The translations under genes and the position numbers were made by a program. Of a stretch of DNA of 64,000 nt, positions 37,163 to 48,980 are shown piece by piece. Numbering within the stretch: the stretch's first letter is position 1; every line of letters begins with the position of its first letter. Below the pieces are notes generated by a model. That model had not been told where the DNA came from, did not search any database, and saw nothing but the letters and a program-made list of their open reading frames with translations. The DNA is taken from NCBI GenBank assembly GCA_949287835.1, contig CASEHV010000014.1, positions 17,576-81,575 of the forward strand, given 5' to 3'. Source of the DNA: an uncultured Helicobacter sp. Its GTDB lineage: Bacteria; Campylobacterota; Campylobacteria; Campylobacterales; Helicobacteraceae.

Positions 37163-39139
37163 ATGAAAAGACTCCTTACAACGCCAATTTATTATGTAAA
37201 TGATGTTCCTCATATAGGGCATGCCTACACGACCATTATCGCTGATATGCTAAAGAAATATTATAGCCTTTGCGGACATGAAGTATTCTTTCTCACAGGC
37301 ACAGATGAGCATGGGCAAAAGATTGAGGATTCTGCTAAAAAGAAAGGGATACAGACTATCGAGTATGTTAATTCTATAAGTGAGAAATTCCGCCATACAT
37401 GGCAGGACTTTGAGATAGATTTTGATAAATTCATACGCACAACATATCTTGAACATATTCTAAGTGTGCAGAAAGCTTTTGAAATCATGTATAGCCGCGG
37501 TGATATTTATAAAGGTGAGTATGAGGGTCTTTACTGCGTTAGCTGTGAGACTTTCTTTACCAAGACACAGGTAATCGATGATATGTATTGCCCTGATTGT
37601 GGCAAGGAAATAAATAGCGTTAAGGAAGAAAGCTACTTTTTTGCATTATCAAAGTATCAAGATAAACTTTTACAATGGTACAGAGAGAATGAAGACTGCA
37701 TTATGCCAAATAGTAAAAGACAAGAGATTATAAAGTTTGTAGAAAGCGGTCTGCATGATTTATCTATCACTAGAACAAGCTTTGAGTGGGGGATAAAAAC
37801 GCCACTAAGACTAAAAGACCATAAGCATATCATCTATGTGTGGCTAGATGCACTTATAAATTACATTAGTGCTTTGGGCTATGGACTAGATTATAATGAC
37901 GCAAAGGAGCAGCTATCTTACAGAAAGGAGCAGAATCCATGTTTGGAATCCAAAATGGAGTTTTTCAACCACACCACACATGTCGTAGGTAAGGATATTT
38001 TAAAATTCCATGCCATATATTGGCCTGCGTTTCTTTTAAGTCTCAATCTCCCCATGCCAAAGCATATTTTCGCACATGGTTGGTGGACAATTGATGGTGT
38101 CAAGATGAGTAAGAGTATTGGCAATGTGATAAGTCCTATGAGTATCAAGGAAGCCTACCCGTTAGATGTATTTAGATATTTCATGCTAAGGGAAGTATCA
38201 TTTGGGCAAGATGGGGATTTCTCTGAGAGTGCGTTAATAAATCGTAATAATGGCGAATTAAGTAATGATTTAGGCAATTTACTAAGTCGCCTTATTGGCA
38301 TGGCTGAAAAATATTTCTCACTTTCTTTAAAAAATAATTCTCTTAGTGATTATAGTTTGCAAAAAGATGAGATAGCAGGGATTATAAATAATGCTATGGA
38401 ATCTATGTCGCAGATGAAGCCGCATAAATATTTAGAGGAGATTTGGCGATTACTTAGCATGGCAAATACTCTTATAGCAGAAAAGGCGCCATGGGAGATG
38501 ATGAAAAATGGCAGGGAAAAAGAATGCGAAGAATTTTTATGCTTTATCTCAAATATACTCTCAAAGGTAGCCCTGCTGGTGTATCCTGTCATGCCAAAAT
38601 CCTGTGAGAAAATCGCTAAGGCACTTGGCATTAGCATAGATTCTAAGAGTTTTGATTCGTTGGTGGTTAAGGGAGAATATTTACTTGGGTTTAATTTGCT
38701 AAAAAGCGAGGCACTTTTCCCAAAGATAGAATCTGCCCGTATGAAGCAGTGCGAACTACCGCAAAAAGATGAAAAAAATGGTAGTCAAAATGGTAAAAAT
38801 GAAAATAGCAAAGCACTAATTAGCAAAAGCGACTTTGAGAAAATGGACATAAGACTAGGCACAATTATAGATGCAGAGGAGATGAGTGGTAGCAAAAAAT
38901 TATTAAAACTACAAATAGATTTAGGCGAGGGCAAACCTAGACAAATCATCTCTGGCATTAAAGAATTTTACTCTGCAAAAGGGCTAATCGGCACACAAGT
39001 ATGCGTTTTGGCAAATCTCAAACCCGCCAAACTTATGGGCGAGATTAGCGAGGGCATGATTCTATCCTGTGAGGATTCTAGCGGACTTAGCCTTCTTGGT
39101 GTAGAATCTAAACGGGATAATGGTGCTGTGGTGGGGTAG
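37163..39139 (+). CDS. metG: Methionine--tRNA ligase
   Basis: HIGH motif (PHIGHAYT), zinc knuckle CVSCETF..CPDCG, KMSKS, and a C-terminal tRNA-binding (EMAP-like) domain. Confidence 0.95.
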   Translation: MKRLLTTPIYYVNDVPHIGHAYTTIIADMLKKYYSLCGHEVFFLTGTDEHGQKIEDSAKKKGIQTIEYVNSISEKFRHTWQDFEIDFDKFIRTTYLEHILSVQKAFEIMYSRGDIYKGEYEGLYCVSCETFFTKTQVIDDMYCPDCGKEINSVKEESYFFALSKYQDKLLQWYRENEDCIMPNSKRQEIIKFVESGLHDLSITRTSFEWGIKTPLRLKDHKHIIYVWLDALINYISALGYGLDYNDAKEQLSYRKEQNPCLESKMEFFNHTTHVVGKDILKFHAIYWPAFLLSLNLPMPKHIFAHGWWTIDGVKMSKSIGNVISPMSIKEAYPLDVFRYFMLREVSFGQDGDFSESALINRNNGELSNDLGNLLSRLIGMAEKYFSLSLKNNSLSDYSLQKDEIAGIINNAMESMSQMKPHKYLEEIWRLLSMANTLIAEKAPWEMMKNGREKECEEFLCFISNILSKVALLVYPVMPKSCEKIAKALGISIDSKSFDSLVVKGEYLLGFNLLKSEALFPKIESARMKQCELPQKDEKNGSQNGKNENSKALISKSDFEKMDIRLGTIIDAEEMSGSKKLLKLQIDLGEGKPRQIISGIKEFYSAKGLIGTQVCVLANLKPAKLMGEISEGMILSCEDSSGLSLLGVESKRDNGAVVG

Positions 39140-39141
39140 GG

Positions 39142-40185
39142 CTATGCTCTAAATTCCTCTAAGACTTCCATTATTATTTCTTTTGAAATATTTTTATGTA
39201 GTTTTGCTTTTAACATGCCCTTTGATTCTAGTAAAACAAAATTTAGCTTAGAATCAAGGCTCTTTTTATCCATGAAAAATGATTGGTAAAATGATTCTAT
39301 ATCCCTTATCTCATATCTTGTTGGTAGGTCGCATTTCTGTAATAATGATTCTATAAAATTGGCTATCTCATCGCTAAGAATGCCTAACCTTACAGAAAGT
39401 CTATTTGCCATGACGATTCCCATGCTAACTGCCTCGCCATGCAGATATTCGCCATATTTTGTCTCAAGCTCAATGGCATGCCCAAATGTATGCCCGTAGT
39501 TTAGCAATACTCTAGGTCCGCCCTTTTCTCTCTCATCTTGCTGCACGATATAGGCTTTTATCTCTATGCTTCTTTGAATGTAGAACTCAATATCACGTAG
39601 ATTAAAATTCTGCAAGAATGAATACTCAAAACATGCGAAGACTTTTATCATCTCTGCTAATCCTGCATTAAACTCCCTTTGTGGCAGTGTCCTTAAAAAC
39701 ATAGAATCTACATATACTTTCTTTGGCTGATGAAATAACCCTATGAGATTCTTGCCATATTGATTATTAATTCCACATTTCCCACCCACACTAGCATCTA
39801 CCATTGCCAAAAGCGTGGTGGGAATGCTAATAAAATCAATGCCTCTTTGATAGATTCCGCTCGCAAATCCAACCATATCGCTAATCACGCCTCCACCTAG
39901 TGCAATCATGATTGAATTTCGATTTAACTTTGCCTTAAACGCACAATCAAGTATGTAGTTGATTGTCTCCATGTTTTTATGTTCTTCACCATCCTCTATG
40001 ATACATGTGGTTACATCATTTCCATCTGTGGCGTGGATAATTGTTAGTAAGTATTCCAAAAATAATGTCGCTACTCTCTGTGAGCTTACGATAAAAATCT
40101 TTGATGGAATCTCAATTTTTTTTATCTTTCCCAATACCACTTCGTATGGATTGTCTCTGAGCGCTATTTTTATTTTTGCTTTCAT
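39142..40185 (-). CDS. aroB: 3-dehydroquinate synthase
   Basis: GGGVISDMVGFA, VDASVGGK, NYGHTFGHAIE and HGEAVSMG motifs. Confidence 0.95.
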   Translation of the reverse strand: MKAKIKIALRDNPYEVVLGKIKKIEIPSKIFIVSSQRVATLFLEYLLTIIHATDGNDVTTCIIEDGEEHKNMETINYILDCAFKAKLNRNSIMIALGGGVISDMVGFASGIYQRGIDFISIPTTLLAMVDASVGGKCGINNQYGKNLIGLFHQPKKVYVDSMFLRTLPQREFNAGLAEMIKVFACFEYSFLQNFNLRDIEFYIQRSIEIKAYIVQQDEREKGGPRVLLNYGHTFGHAIELETKYGEYLHGEAVSMGIVMANRLSVRLGILSDEIANFIESLLQKCDLPTRYEIRDIESFYQSFFMDKKSLDSKLNFVLLESKGMLKAKLHKNISKEIIMEVLEEFRA

Positions 40186-40274
40186 ATATAATCCTCACAA
40201 AATTATTATATATTTCGTATTCTACCTAATTATAAGTCTGATTCTTAATGAAATTTAAAACATTTTGAAAGCAT

Positions 40275-41618
40275 TTAAAGTATATGATTTAACCTCCCCT
40301 CCAGCATTTCAACCAACGCAATTTCGCATTCCTCTAATGCCTTATAATCCCTACCCTCTAGTAAGATTCTAAGTTTATTTTCCGTGCCAGAGTATCGTAT
40401 GAGATGGCGGATTCCTTTAGAATCTAGCTCTTTTGTGAAATCTGTAAAGCCCTCTATATCTTGGAGTGGAATCTTTTTTGTGATATTAATATTTTTCTGT
40501 CTTTGTGGATATAGTGAGAATGGATTTAGTGCTTCGTTACTGCTTTTCTTACTATCAATGAGTAATGCTAATACTTGCAGGGCAGAGACTAGGCCGTCAC
40601 CTGTTTTTGCAAAATCAGAAAAAATAATATGCCCACTTTGCTCACCGCCGAAATTTAGATGATTGCCTAGCATTTCCTGCATGACAAATTTATCTCCAAC
40701 GCTACATCGCATAAGCGAGATTCCATTCGTGCCTAAGAAATCCTCTAATCCAGCATTACTCATAAGGGTAGCCACGATTGTGTTATTTCTTAGTGCATTC
40801 CTATTTTTCTGATAGAGTGCAAGAGAGCCTATGAGTTTATCACCATGCACGACATTGCCCTCATTATCCACGACCACTAGCCTATCTGCATCGCCATCGA
40901 GTGCAAAGCCAATATCTGCTCTAAGACGTTTTACTTCATTTGCAAGGATATTTGGATACATGGCACCACTATTTTCGTTAATGTTATAGCCATTTGGGGA
41001 ATCATTAATGACAATCAAATCTGCTCCAAGCTCTCTAAAGACGCTAGGACCTACTTTATATGCCGCACCATTAGCGCAGTCAAGCACGATGCGGATTCCC
41101 TGCAGAGTTAGATTCTTAGGAAAGGAATTTTTGATATGCACAATATAGCGACCAATGACATCATCTATTCTTTTGCTATATCCTATGTCTTTGTCTATCT
41201 TGTAGTAGTGCGTAGAATCAAGATTATGATAGATAGATTCGATTTGTGCCTCCTTATCCTCATCTAGCTTGAATCCACTCCTATCAAAAAACTTGATTCC
41301 ATTATCATAGTATGGATTATGACTAGCGCTTATCATGATTCCCGCATCACATCGCATATCCTCTGTTAGAAACGCAACCGCCGGTGTCGGCATAGGACCT
41401 ATCTGTATGACATTCATGCCCACAGAGGTTAGCCCAGATACGAGGGCATTTTCTACCATGTAGCCACTTTTTCGCGTATCCTTTCCTACCAGGATTCTAT
41501 TTCCGCTACTGTGTTTTTGAAAGTAGATTCCCGCCGCAATGCCTAAACGCAGTGCAACCATAGCAGTAATATCTACACCAGCCCTACCTCGAACGCCATC
41601 TGTGCCAAAGATTTTCAT
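40275..41618 (-). CDS. glmM: Phosphoglucosamine mutase
   Basis: [10 protein letters not shown], active-site [17 protein letters not shown] and GGEQSGH motifs. Start at ATG 41618 (AAGGAA SD). Confidence 0.95.
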   Translation of the reverse strand: MKIFGTDGVRGRAGVDITAMVALRLGIAAGIYFQKHSSGNRILVGKDTRKSGYMVENALVSGLTSVGMNVIQIGPMPTPAVAFLTEDMRCDAGIMISASHNPYYDNGIKFFDRSGFKLDEDKEAQIESIYHNLDSTHYYKIDKDIGYSKRIDDVIGRYIVHIKNSFPKNLTLQGIRIVLDCANGAAYKVGPSVFRELGADLIVINDSPNGYNINENSGAMYPNILANEVKRLRADIGFALDGDADRLVVVDNEGNVVHGDKLIGSLALYQKNRNALRNNTIVATLMSNAGLEDFLGTNGISLMRCSVGDKFVMQEMLGNHLNFGGEQSGHIIFSDFAKTGDGLVSALQVLALLIDSKKSSNEALNPFSLYPQRQKNINITKKIPLQDIEGFTDFTKELDSKGIRHLIRYSGTENKLRILLEGRDYKALEECEIALVEMLEGRLNHIL

Positions 41619-41699
41619 CAATTTCCTTTGCATGATTTTCGCAATTTTAGCAATTTTAATGGTAGAATTGCAGATTTTATTTCATTAAAAGAGGTAATC

Positions 41700-41969
41700 A
41701 TGGCAAATCATAAGTCAGCAGAGAAAAGAATACGACAGACAGAGAAAAGGACTATTCGCAATCGTTATTACAGAACTAGAATCAAAAACATAACAAGAGC
41801 CGTTAGAGAGGCAGTCTCAAGTGGGGATAGCACAAAGGCTAGTGAAGCATTTAAGATTGCAAATAAAGAGATTCACAGCTTTGTTAGCAAGGGTATTTTA
41901 AAGAAAAATACCGCCGCAAGGAAAGTTAGTCGCCTAAATGCCCTTGTGAAAAAAATGAGTGTTGCGTAG
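41700..41969 (+). CDS. rpsT: 30S ribosomal protein S20
   Basis: [18 protein letters not shown].. after a GAGG SD. The ORF-track N-terminal extension overlaps glmM. Confidence 0.95.
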   Translation: MANHKSAEKRIRQTEKRTIRNRYYRTRIKNITRAVREAVSSGDSTKASEAFKIANKEIHSFVSKGILKKNTAARKVSRLNALVKKMSVA

Positions 41970-42011
41970 TTTTGTAGATTTGCTATCTGCCTACTCACTT
42001 TTGGATAAATC

Positions 42012-43079
42012 ATGCTATTAGATAGATTAAAGCCAATTATTGCTAGGAATGATGAGTTAGCATTACTCCTAGCTAAAGATGAAATCATTAATGATATTGC
42101 TACTCTAAGAGAGCTTAGTAAGGAAAAGAGCGATACAGATGAGATAGTGCAGAGTGCTAGGGAGTACATAAAACTATTAGATGACATAGCAAATAATAAG
42201 CTTTTGCTAGAGGATAAGGAGCTAGGTGAGCTTGCCAAAGAGGAGCTAAAAGAGTTAGAATCAAGGCAGGTAGAGCTAGAGAATGAAATAAAGATTCTGC
42301 TTATCCCAAAGGACCCCAATGATAAGAAGAATATTTATCTTGAGATTCGTGCTGGCACAGGTGGCGATGAGGCTGGGATTTTCGTAGGAGATTTGTTTAG
42401 TGCGTATTGTCGCTATGCAGATTCAAGAGGCTGGCGCGTAGAGATTATGAGTAGCAGTGAAAACTCTGTGGGTGGCTATAAGGAAGTCATAGCCCTAGTC
42501 AAAGGCGAGGGTGCATACTCTAGGCTAAAATATGAGGGCGGGACGCATAGGGTGCAAAGAGTGCCAAAGACAGAATCTCAGGGTAGAATCCACACTTCTG
42601 CAATCACTGTGGCAATCATGCCGGAGGTAGATTCTTTAGAGATAAATATTAACCACAATGATTTAAAAATCGATGTTTTTCGTAGCGGGGGGCATGGCGG
42701 ACAGAGTGTGAATACGACAGATTCCGCTGTGCGTATAACGCACATTCCCACAGGCATTAGCGTATCGATGCAAGATGAGAAGTCGCAGCACAAAAATAAG
42801 GAAAAAGCATTAAAAATCTTGCAATCAAGACTATATGAGGCAGAGTTAGAGGCGCAGAATGCACAAAATAGGGAATCGCGTAAAAATCAAGTCGGTAGCG
42901 GCGATAGGAGTGAGAGAATCCGCACCTACAACTATCCGCAAAACCGCATTACAGAGCATAGAATCAATCTTACGATTTATAGCCTAGAGGAGATTATGCT
43001 AAATGGGGAGCTAGATAAGATTATAGAGCCACTTATCGCTTATAATCAGAGTTTGGCATTAAGCGGGGAGCAAAGTTAG
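42012..43079 (+). CDS. prfA: Peptide chain release factor 1
   Basis: GGQ motif ([10 protein letters not shown]) and the RF1-type tripeptide region ([12 protein letters not shown]). Confidence 0.95.
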   Translation: MLLDRLKPIIARNDELALLLAKDEIINDIATLRELSKEKSDTDEIVQSAREYIKLLDDIANNKLLLEDKELGELAKEELKELESRQVELENEIKILLIPKDPNDKKNIYLEIRAGTGGDEAGIFVGDLFSAYCRYADSRGWRVEIMSSSENSVGGYKEVIALVKGEGAYSRLKYEGGTHRVQRVPKTESQGRIHTSAITVAIMPEVDSLEININHNDLKIDVFRSGGHGGQSVNTTDSAVRITHIPTGISVSMQDEKSQHKNKEKALKILQSRLYEAELEAQNAQNRESRKNQVGSGDRSERIRTYNYPQNRITEHRINLTIYSLEEIMLNGELDKIIEPLIAYNQSLALSGEQS

Positions 43080-44374
43080 TTTAGTCTCTCTTTTATAGAC
43101 ATCTCATGGGCTTGTAGAGATTCTATATTTGCTATATTCATACATGGTTTCGCTAATTTTTCTAGTCCATCTTTGCAGAATGCAATGATTGAATTTCTTG
43201 TATAAAAATTCTCTGTGCTAAGTGGTGAGAAAAATCTAGCACTTCCACCTGTTGGCAATGTGTGATTTGGTCCCGCTAGATAATCTCCTATTGCCTCTGG
43301 TGTGTATTCTCCTAAAAATACCGCACCAGCAGATTCTACATGCGGCAGAAGTGAAAATGGATTTTGCGTCATTATCTCTAAATGCTCTGGTGCTATTTCA
43401 TTCATTAACTCTAATGCTTGTGTTAGATTCTCTACAATAATAATTGCCCCTCTATTATCTATGCTCTCCCTCGCTATATGCTTTCTTGATAGTGTTGCTA
43501 TTTTTTCCTCTATTGCCTTTGAGACATTTAGGGCTATCTCATCGCTGTCTGTTATTAGAATGGAGCTTGCCATTTCATCATGCTCTGCCTGAGATAGCAT
43601 ATCTATGGCTATGAAATTAGGATTAGCATATTTGTCGGCTATGATTCCAATCTCGCTAGGTCCTGCTATCATATCTATATTTACTTCGCCAAACACTAGC
43701 TTTTTTGCACTAGCCACATAGATATTTCCCGGTCCTGTTATCACATCTACCTTTTTAAATCCACTTGCCTTAATGCCATAAGCCAACATACCAATAGCAC
43801 CTATGCCACCGATTTTATAGCCCTCATTAATATCGCAAAGATACATTGCTGCTAGGAGTAGATTATTTATTTGATTATGCGGAGTTGGCGTTGTTATGAT
43901 GATTTCTTTTACATCTGCTACTTTTGCAGGTATCGCATTCATAAGCAGGGAGCTAGGATAAAATGCCTTTCCGCCAGGGATATAAAGCCCCGCCCTTTTT
44001 ACCGCCCTTACATTCTGTCCTAATAGATTATTTAGATTATCATATTTGATAAATCCCTTTGGTTTTGTGCTGTCATGGAAATCATAGATTCTATCGTATG
44101 CGATTTTTAGGGAATCTTTTATGTTGGAATCTAACTTATCATAAGCATCTTTTGCCTCATTCATATCTATTTTTAAATCATCTAGGCTTTTTGGATTCCA
44201 ATTATCATATTTGCTTACAAGTTCTAATAATGCCTCCTCCCCCCTTCGCCTAATATCCTTTAGCACCTCTAAGACTTGTGGCAAAACATTATCCATGTCT
44301 ATATTTGCCCTTTGCAGGATAGTATTAAAACTTTCCCTAAAATCTAGGTTTTTTGTAGATAGAATCTTTATCAT
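43076..44374 (-). CDS. hisD: Histidinol dehydrogenase
   Basis: [21 protein letters not shown] and [13 protein letters not shown] motifs. Start at ATG 44374 (AAGGA SD). Confidence 0.9.
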   Translation of the reverse strand: MIKILSTKNLDFRESFNTILQRANIDMDNVLPQVLEVLKDIRRRGEEALLELVSKYDNWNPKSLDDLKIDMNEAKDAYDKLDSNIKDSLKIAYDRIYDFHDSTKPKGFIKYDNLNNLLGQNVRAVKRAGLYIPGGKAFYPSSLLMNAIPAKVADVKEIIITTPTPHNQINNLLLAAMYLCDINEGYKIGGIGAIGMLAYGIKASGFKKVDVITGPGNIYVASAKKLVFGEVNIDMIAGPSEIGIIADKYANPNFIAIDMLSQAEHDEMASSILITDSDEIALNVSKAIEEKIATLSRKHIARESIDNRGAIIIVENLTQALELMNEIAPEHLEIMTQNPFSLLPHVESAGAVFLGEYTPEAIGDYLAGPNHTLPTGGSARFFSPLSTENFYTRNSIIAFCKDGLEKLAKPCMNIANIESLQAHEMSIKERLN

Positions 44375-44420
44375 AACAATCCTTAGCAATGTGATTTTAG
44401 CATTATAGCTAATATAAACT

Positions 44421-46310
44421 TTGCTAAAATGTAGAATAAATTTTATAAGGAATCTTGTGGCTAAAATCCTAGCATTTCTCCTCCTAACCTCCCTCCTCTT
44501 TGCAAAGGATACTAGGGCATATCTTTATACAAATATGCAAAGTGCGCTTTCTATGGATACACTTCCAAAGCATATACATGATAGCCATCTTCCATATTCC
44601 AATCCCAAGGCTAAGAAGGGAGGCAGCATTAAACTCATGTCGTTAGGGGGGTTTGATTCCCTTGATTTATTCGTGCTAAAGGGGAATAAGGCAAGTGATT
44701 TAGATTTAATCTATGATAGCCTCATGGCACAGAGCCTAGATGAGCCTTATGCAGTCTATCCGCTTATCGCACAGAGAGTAAGTATAGCTAGTGATTATAG
44801 CGGTGTGCGGTTTTATATCAATCCTTTGGCAAAGTTTAGCGATGGGAGCCCTATTAGGGCAGAAGATGTAAAATTTAGCTTTGATATGCTAATACAAAAA
44901 GGCGACCCAACGCAGTCTCGCTACTATGCCGATGTCAAGGAAGCAGTCGTGATTGATGAGCGGGTAGTCGAGTTTTTGTTTAAAAATAAAGAGAATAAAG
45001 AGTTGCCATTTATCCTAACGCAGTTATATGTGATTCCAAAGCATTTTTATATGAAAAATAATGAGAATCTCTATGGTAGTAATCCCCTACGTATTCCGCA
45101 AGGCAGTGGCCCATATAGCATAGAATCCTTTGAGGTAAATAAACGCATTACATATAAACGCAATGAGAATTATTGGGCAAAAGATTTAATGGTAAATAGG
45201 GGGGCATATAACTTTGATAGAGTAGTCATTGAGTATTATAAAGATGACACGGTGGCACTTAGGGCATTTCTAGCTGGGGAGTATGATTATAGATTTGAAT
45301 CGCAGGCAAAGGCATGGGCAAAGGATTATATAGGCAGTGCTTTAAGAGAGAAAAAATTTTCCATGTTAGAGATAAGGCACGGATTACCCACAGGTATGCA
45401 GGGATTCTACATGAATACGCGAAGGCAGATTCTAAGCGATAGATATGTCAGAGAGGCGATACTTCAGGCATTTGACTTTGAGTGGAGTAATAAATATTTA
45501 TTTTATTCGCAATACTCCCGCACTAATAGTTATTATGAAAACTCAGAGTATGCCTCTAGCGGATTGTTAAAAGATTCCCCCCTTGAGATTTCCATACTAA
45601 AAGAGCTAGGAATCTTGCAGGATAAAAATGGAGATTTAAGCATTGCAGAATCTTACAAAGATGAGATAGATTCTAGAATCCTAAATCATGTTTATAGTAA
45701 TCCTACCACGACTCCACCGCATTCCAAAAGAGAGAATCTAAAATATGCCAAGAGGCTTTTAGAGAGCAGGGGATATAGGGTGGTAGATAATACGCTAAGA
45801 GATTCTAAGGGTAGGGAGGTTAGGCTAACTATTTTGCTAAATTCCCCTCTGTTTGAGCGCGTGGTGCTTGCGTTTAAAAAGAATCTGGCAATACTAGGCA
45901 TAGGGCTAGATATAAGACTAATTGACCAAGCGCAATATGAAAATAGGGTAAAAGATTTTGATTATGATATGATTATCGGCGTGATTCCGCAAAGTCTTTT
46001 TCCGGGTAATGAGCAGGATTTTTTCTTCTCCTCGCTTAGTGCGGATATGAAAGGTAGCAGGAATTTCTCAGGCGTGAGGAGTAAGGCGGTGGATTTATTA
46101 ATAAAGCTTTTAAATAAGACTACATCGCATGATAGGCGCGTAGCTATTTTGAGGGCTATGGATAGGATTTTGCTTTGGGGATTCTATGTCGTGCCACATT
46201 ATTATAGCCCTAATTTTCGTTTGGCTATTAAAAGCGGCATTGCTACTCCAAAAATCTTTGCCCCATACTCCTCGCCCTTTAGTATGTATCATTATTGGTG
46301 GAGAGAGTAG
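44421..46310 (+). CDS. ABC transporter substrate-binding protein, family 5 (YejA/oligopeptide-like)
   Basis: About 620 aa with a signal peptide (..KILAFLLLTSLLFA) and SBP family 5 organisation. The probable true start is GTG 44457. No permease or ATPase genes are adjacent. Confidence 0.75.
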   Translation: MLKCRINFIRNLVAKILAFLLLTSLLFAKDTRAYLYTNMQSALSMDTLPKHIHDSHLPYSNPKAKKGGSIKLMSLGGFDSLDLFVLKGNKASDLDLIYDSLMAQSLDEPYAVYPLIAQRVSIASDYSGVRFYINPLAKFSDGSPIRAEDVKFSFDMLIQKGDPTQSRYYADVKEAVVIDERVVEFLFKNKENKELPFILTQLYVIPKHFYMKNNENLYGSNPLRIPQGSGPYSIESFEVNKRITYKRNENYWAKDLMVNRGAYNFDRVVIEYYKDDTVALRAFLAGEYDYRFESQAKAWAKDYIGSALREKKFSMLEIRHGLPTGMQGFYMNTRRQILSDRYVREAILQAFDFEWSNKYLFYSQYSRTNSYYENSEYASSGLLKDSPLEISILKELGILQDKNGDLSIAESYKDEIDSRILNHVYSNPTTTPPHSKRENLKYAKRLLESRGYRVVDNTLRDSKGREVRLTILLNSPLFERVVLAFKKNLAILGIGLDIRLIDQAQYENRVKDFDYDMIIGVIPQSLFPGNEQDFFFSSLSADMKGSRNFSGVRSKAVDLLIKLLNKTTSHDRRVAILRAMDRILLWGFYVVPHYYSPNFRLAIKSGIATPKIFAPYSSPFSMYHYWWRE

Positions 46311-46559
46311 ATGAGGATTGATAAATTTTTAAATGCTACTAATATTACAAAACGAAGGGCAATAGCACAGGATATGTGCGATAGTGGCGTGGTATTAATT
46401 AATGATAAAGTATCAAAGAGTAGCAAGGAAGTAAAGGTAGGCGATGTGATTACTATAAATTTTTTGGAATACAAAAAAGTCTATGAAGTCTTAAAGATTC
46501 CAACGCTAAAGACCATTCCTAAGAATCAAAAACACGAATACGTCCATGAGATAAGCTAA
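46311..46559 (+). CDS. S4-domain RNA-binding protein
   Basis: 82 aa; MRIDKFLNATNITKRRAIAQDMCDSGVVLINDK is a canonical S4 motif. Confidence 0.8.
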   Translation: MRIDKFLNATNITKRRAIAQDMCDSGVVLINDKVSKSSKEVKVGDVITINFLEYKKVYEVLKIPTLKTIPKNQKHEYVHEIS

Positions 46560-46825
46560 TCCTTGCTAGCCTTATATGATGACTGCGAGTTTTGTAGCCA
46601 GATAAATACGTCTACGACTGCTTGATAAAGCTCTGGTGGAATATTGCTATTTATCTCCATTTTTATTAGAGAATCAACCAATTCTACATTGCAAAATAAT
46701 GGCACGTCATATTCTTTTGCCTTTTGTATGATTGCCTCTGCGATTTTCCCTCTGCCACTTGCTACCACTTTTGGGGCGTGGTCTTTATACTCCTCGTATG
46801 CTAGTGCTACTGCCTTTTTATTCAT
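46556..46825 (-). CDS. flhX: Stand-alone FlhB C-terminal-domain paralogue (FlhX-like)
   Basis: 89 aa; AVALAYEEYKDHAPKVVASGRGKIAEAIIQKAKEYDVPLF..PPELYQAVVDVF matches the FlhB/YscU cytoplasmic domain downstream of NPTH, as in H. pylori HP1575. Confidence 0.75.
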   Translation of the reverse strand: MNKKAVALAYEEYKDHAPKVVASGRGKIAEAIIQKAKEYDVPLFCNVELVDSLIKMEINSNIPPELYQAVVDVFIWLQNSQSSYKASKD

Positions 46826-46834
46826 AACAATCCT

Positions 46835-48455
46835 TTAAATATGTAGCAAATCAATCTTTGCAATGAAATAATATGCCACCGCGCCAAATACTACAGATAG
46901 CGGCACGGTAATAAGCCATGAGGCTATGATTCTATTAATCGCATTGCGTTTGACTAGCTCTTCTTTATAAGTTTTCTTGAGATATTTTACCTCTTTCTTT
47001 TTTAATTGCGGGAGGGATAGATTCTCATTTTTTGCCTTTTTCTTATTCATGCGACCATTCTTTATGAGTTTTAGCATAATTTTTTTCTGCCTAATATTTG
47101 CCCGCTGGAATCTCTCTAAAAATCTCTGCATAGCCTCCTCATCTCTGCCCTTGTGCGCATCTATGATTTGCTGCTGCATATTTACATATCGCTTTTTTAT
47201 ATACTCACGTAGGAATCCTACGCCAAAGATTGCCCCTATGGCTATGTGTGTAGAGCTTACAGGCAATCCTAGCTGACTTGCTATAAGCACTGTGATAGCC
47301 GCTGAGAGTGCTACGCAAAATGCCCTCATCTTGTTTAAATCCGTAATCTCACTGCCGACAGTTCTAATTAGCCTTGGTCCATATAATGCAAGTCCTAGCG
47401 AGATTCCAAGTCCGCCTATTAGCATAATCCAAAATGGCACACTAGCCTTTCCGTGGTGCATGGCAGAGGCATTTTGTGATATTGCCTCATAGATTCCAGC
47501 AAGGGGTCCTATGGCATTTGCTACATCATTTGCTCCATGGGCAAAACTTAGCAATGCGGCAGAAAAGATTAATGGCATGGTAAAAAGCTCGTTTATGCCA
47601 TCTTTTGTGTTTGGCAGATTCTGCGCTCTTTTAGCTATGAATGGCTTTGAGAGAAAATAGCATGCTAGTGCTATGACAAAGCCAAATAATGCCGCACTCT
47701 GAAGTGTGATAGGGAAAAGCGTGGTTTTCTGCACTATATATATGCTAAAGCACCATGTCATCACAAAGATTAATATAGGCACGACACGACTAGCCGCCAT
47801 TCTTTTATCGCTTTTATAAGTGATGAATTTTTTAATAATAAGCAATAATATCATGGCTATAATTCCGCCAAGCACAGGGGAGACTATCCAGCTTAGGACA
47901 ATGCCCCCTATAACGCCCCAATTTGCAATGCCAAATCCCCCTGCCATGATTCCAGCACCTAGCACACCGCCAACCAAAGAGTGCGTAGTAGAGACAGGAG
48001 CACCCAAAGCGGTAGCAATGTGAAGCCACAATGCTCCAGAGGTTAGCGCGGCTAACATGATATAAATAAAGGTCTTAGAATCACTAATGGCATGTGGAGA
48101 GATGATTCCAGATTTTATCGTATCCACTACATCGCGTCCTGCTATGATAGCGCCTAGTGCCTCTGCTATGGCGGCTATGATGATTGCCCCAATGAGTGTA
48201 ATGGCATGGGAGCCCACAGCGGGACCTACATTATTTGCCACATCATTTGCCCCGATATTTAACGCCATGTAGCCGCCTACCACTACGGCAAAGATTAACA
48301 CAATGGGGCTGCTAACAGGATAGCCATTTACCACGGCAATGATTGATGCTATGATAAAAAATATTAGAACTAACCCAACTTTTACAATGTCTTTTTGTCC
48401 AAAATACGTTGCACTTTCGATTTTTTTGTATTTATCTATATCCATTGTGAATCCT
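46835..48455 (-). CDS. PiT-family inorganic phosphate transporter
   Basis: Duplicated GANDVAN motifs (GANDVANNVG, GANDVANAIG) and a large central basic loop. Start at MDIDKYKK (ATG 48455, GAGGA SD). The longer ORF (to 48796) runs antisense through exbD. Confidence 0.9.
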
Positions 48456-48602
48456 CGTTGTTGGGGGCAATGTGGCAGCCTAGTTTTTGATTTTGTAAAA
48501 ATAGAAACTTTATAACACAAGCATAATTTTTGCAAGAAAAATGTCTTATAAATGACCGCGTAATTTATGCTAAAATAGAGGACTCTTAACTCAAGGATAG
48601 CT

Positions 48603-48980
48603 ATGAAAAAGATTGATTCTATGAATTTAGTGCCTTTCATAGATATTATGCTGGTATTGCTAGTTATAGTTATGGTTAGTGCATCATTTAATGCCTCTAG
48701 CAATTTACCCATACAGATTCCAAAAGTCGATGAAAAGCAAGAGAGTGTTACGCCGCCAAAGCGATTAAATATCGCATTTGATAAGAGTGGTGCCATATTT
48801 GTAGATAGTCAGAGTGTGGATAAGGCTGGATTATATGCCTTTTTGCGACAGGTAGATTCTAATACTAGCATTATTATAAAGGCAGATAAAGATGCAAGTG
48901 TGCAGCAATTCATCGATGTCATGTCTGCACTTAGTTATTTTGGTTTGACCAATGTTTTTACAGAGGTTAGCGATGATTAA
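48603..48980 (+). CDS. exbD: ExbD/TolR-family biopolymer transport protein
   Basis: 125 aa; MNLVPFIDIMLVLLVIVMV single TM followed by a periplasmic domain. No exbB or tonB is adjacent. Confidence 0.8.
   Translation: MKKIDSMNLVPFIDIMLVLLVIVMVSASFNASSNLPIQIPKVDEKQESVTPPKRLNIAFDKSGAIFVDSQSVDKAGLYAFLRQVDSNTSIIIKADKDASVQQFIDVMSALSYFGLTNVFTEVSDD

Noticed and set aside
41873-42319. Long antisense shadow ORFs, for example 41873-42319 opposite prfA/rpsT, 59767-60267 opposite hemA, 56886-57966 (three ORFs) opposite flaB, 15218-15658 opposite eda, and 24717-25142 opposite panB
   Set aside because: They are Ser/Leu/Pro-rich low-complexity translations lying fully inside well-supported genes on the other strand. 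This is typical of frame -1 shadows of conserved CDSs.
48456-48796. N-terminal 113-aa extension of the PiT transporter ORF
   Set aside because: The extension runs antisense through exbD and the intergenic promoter region. An SD-preceded ATG at 48455 gives a normal PiT N-terminus (MDIDKYKK..).
48603-48980. Orphan exbD without exbB/tonB; orphan substrate-binding proteins (44421-46310 and 52411-53184) without permease or ATPase partners; hisD without other his genes
   Set aside because: Scattered transporter components and biosynthetic genes are normal in epsilonproteobacterial genomes. Nothing in the sequence suggests decay or novelty.
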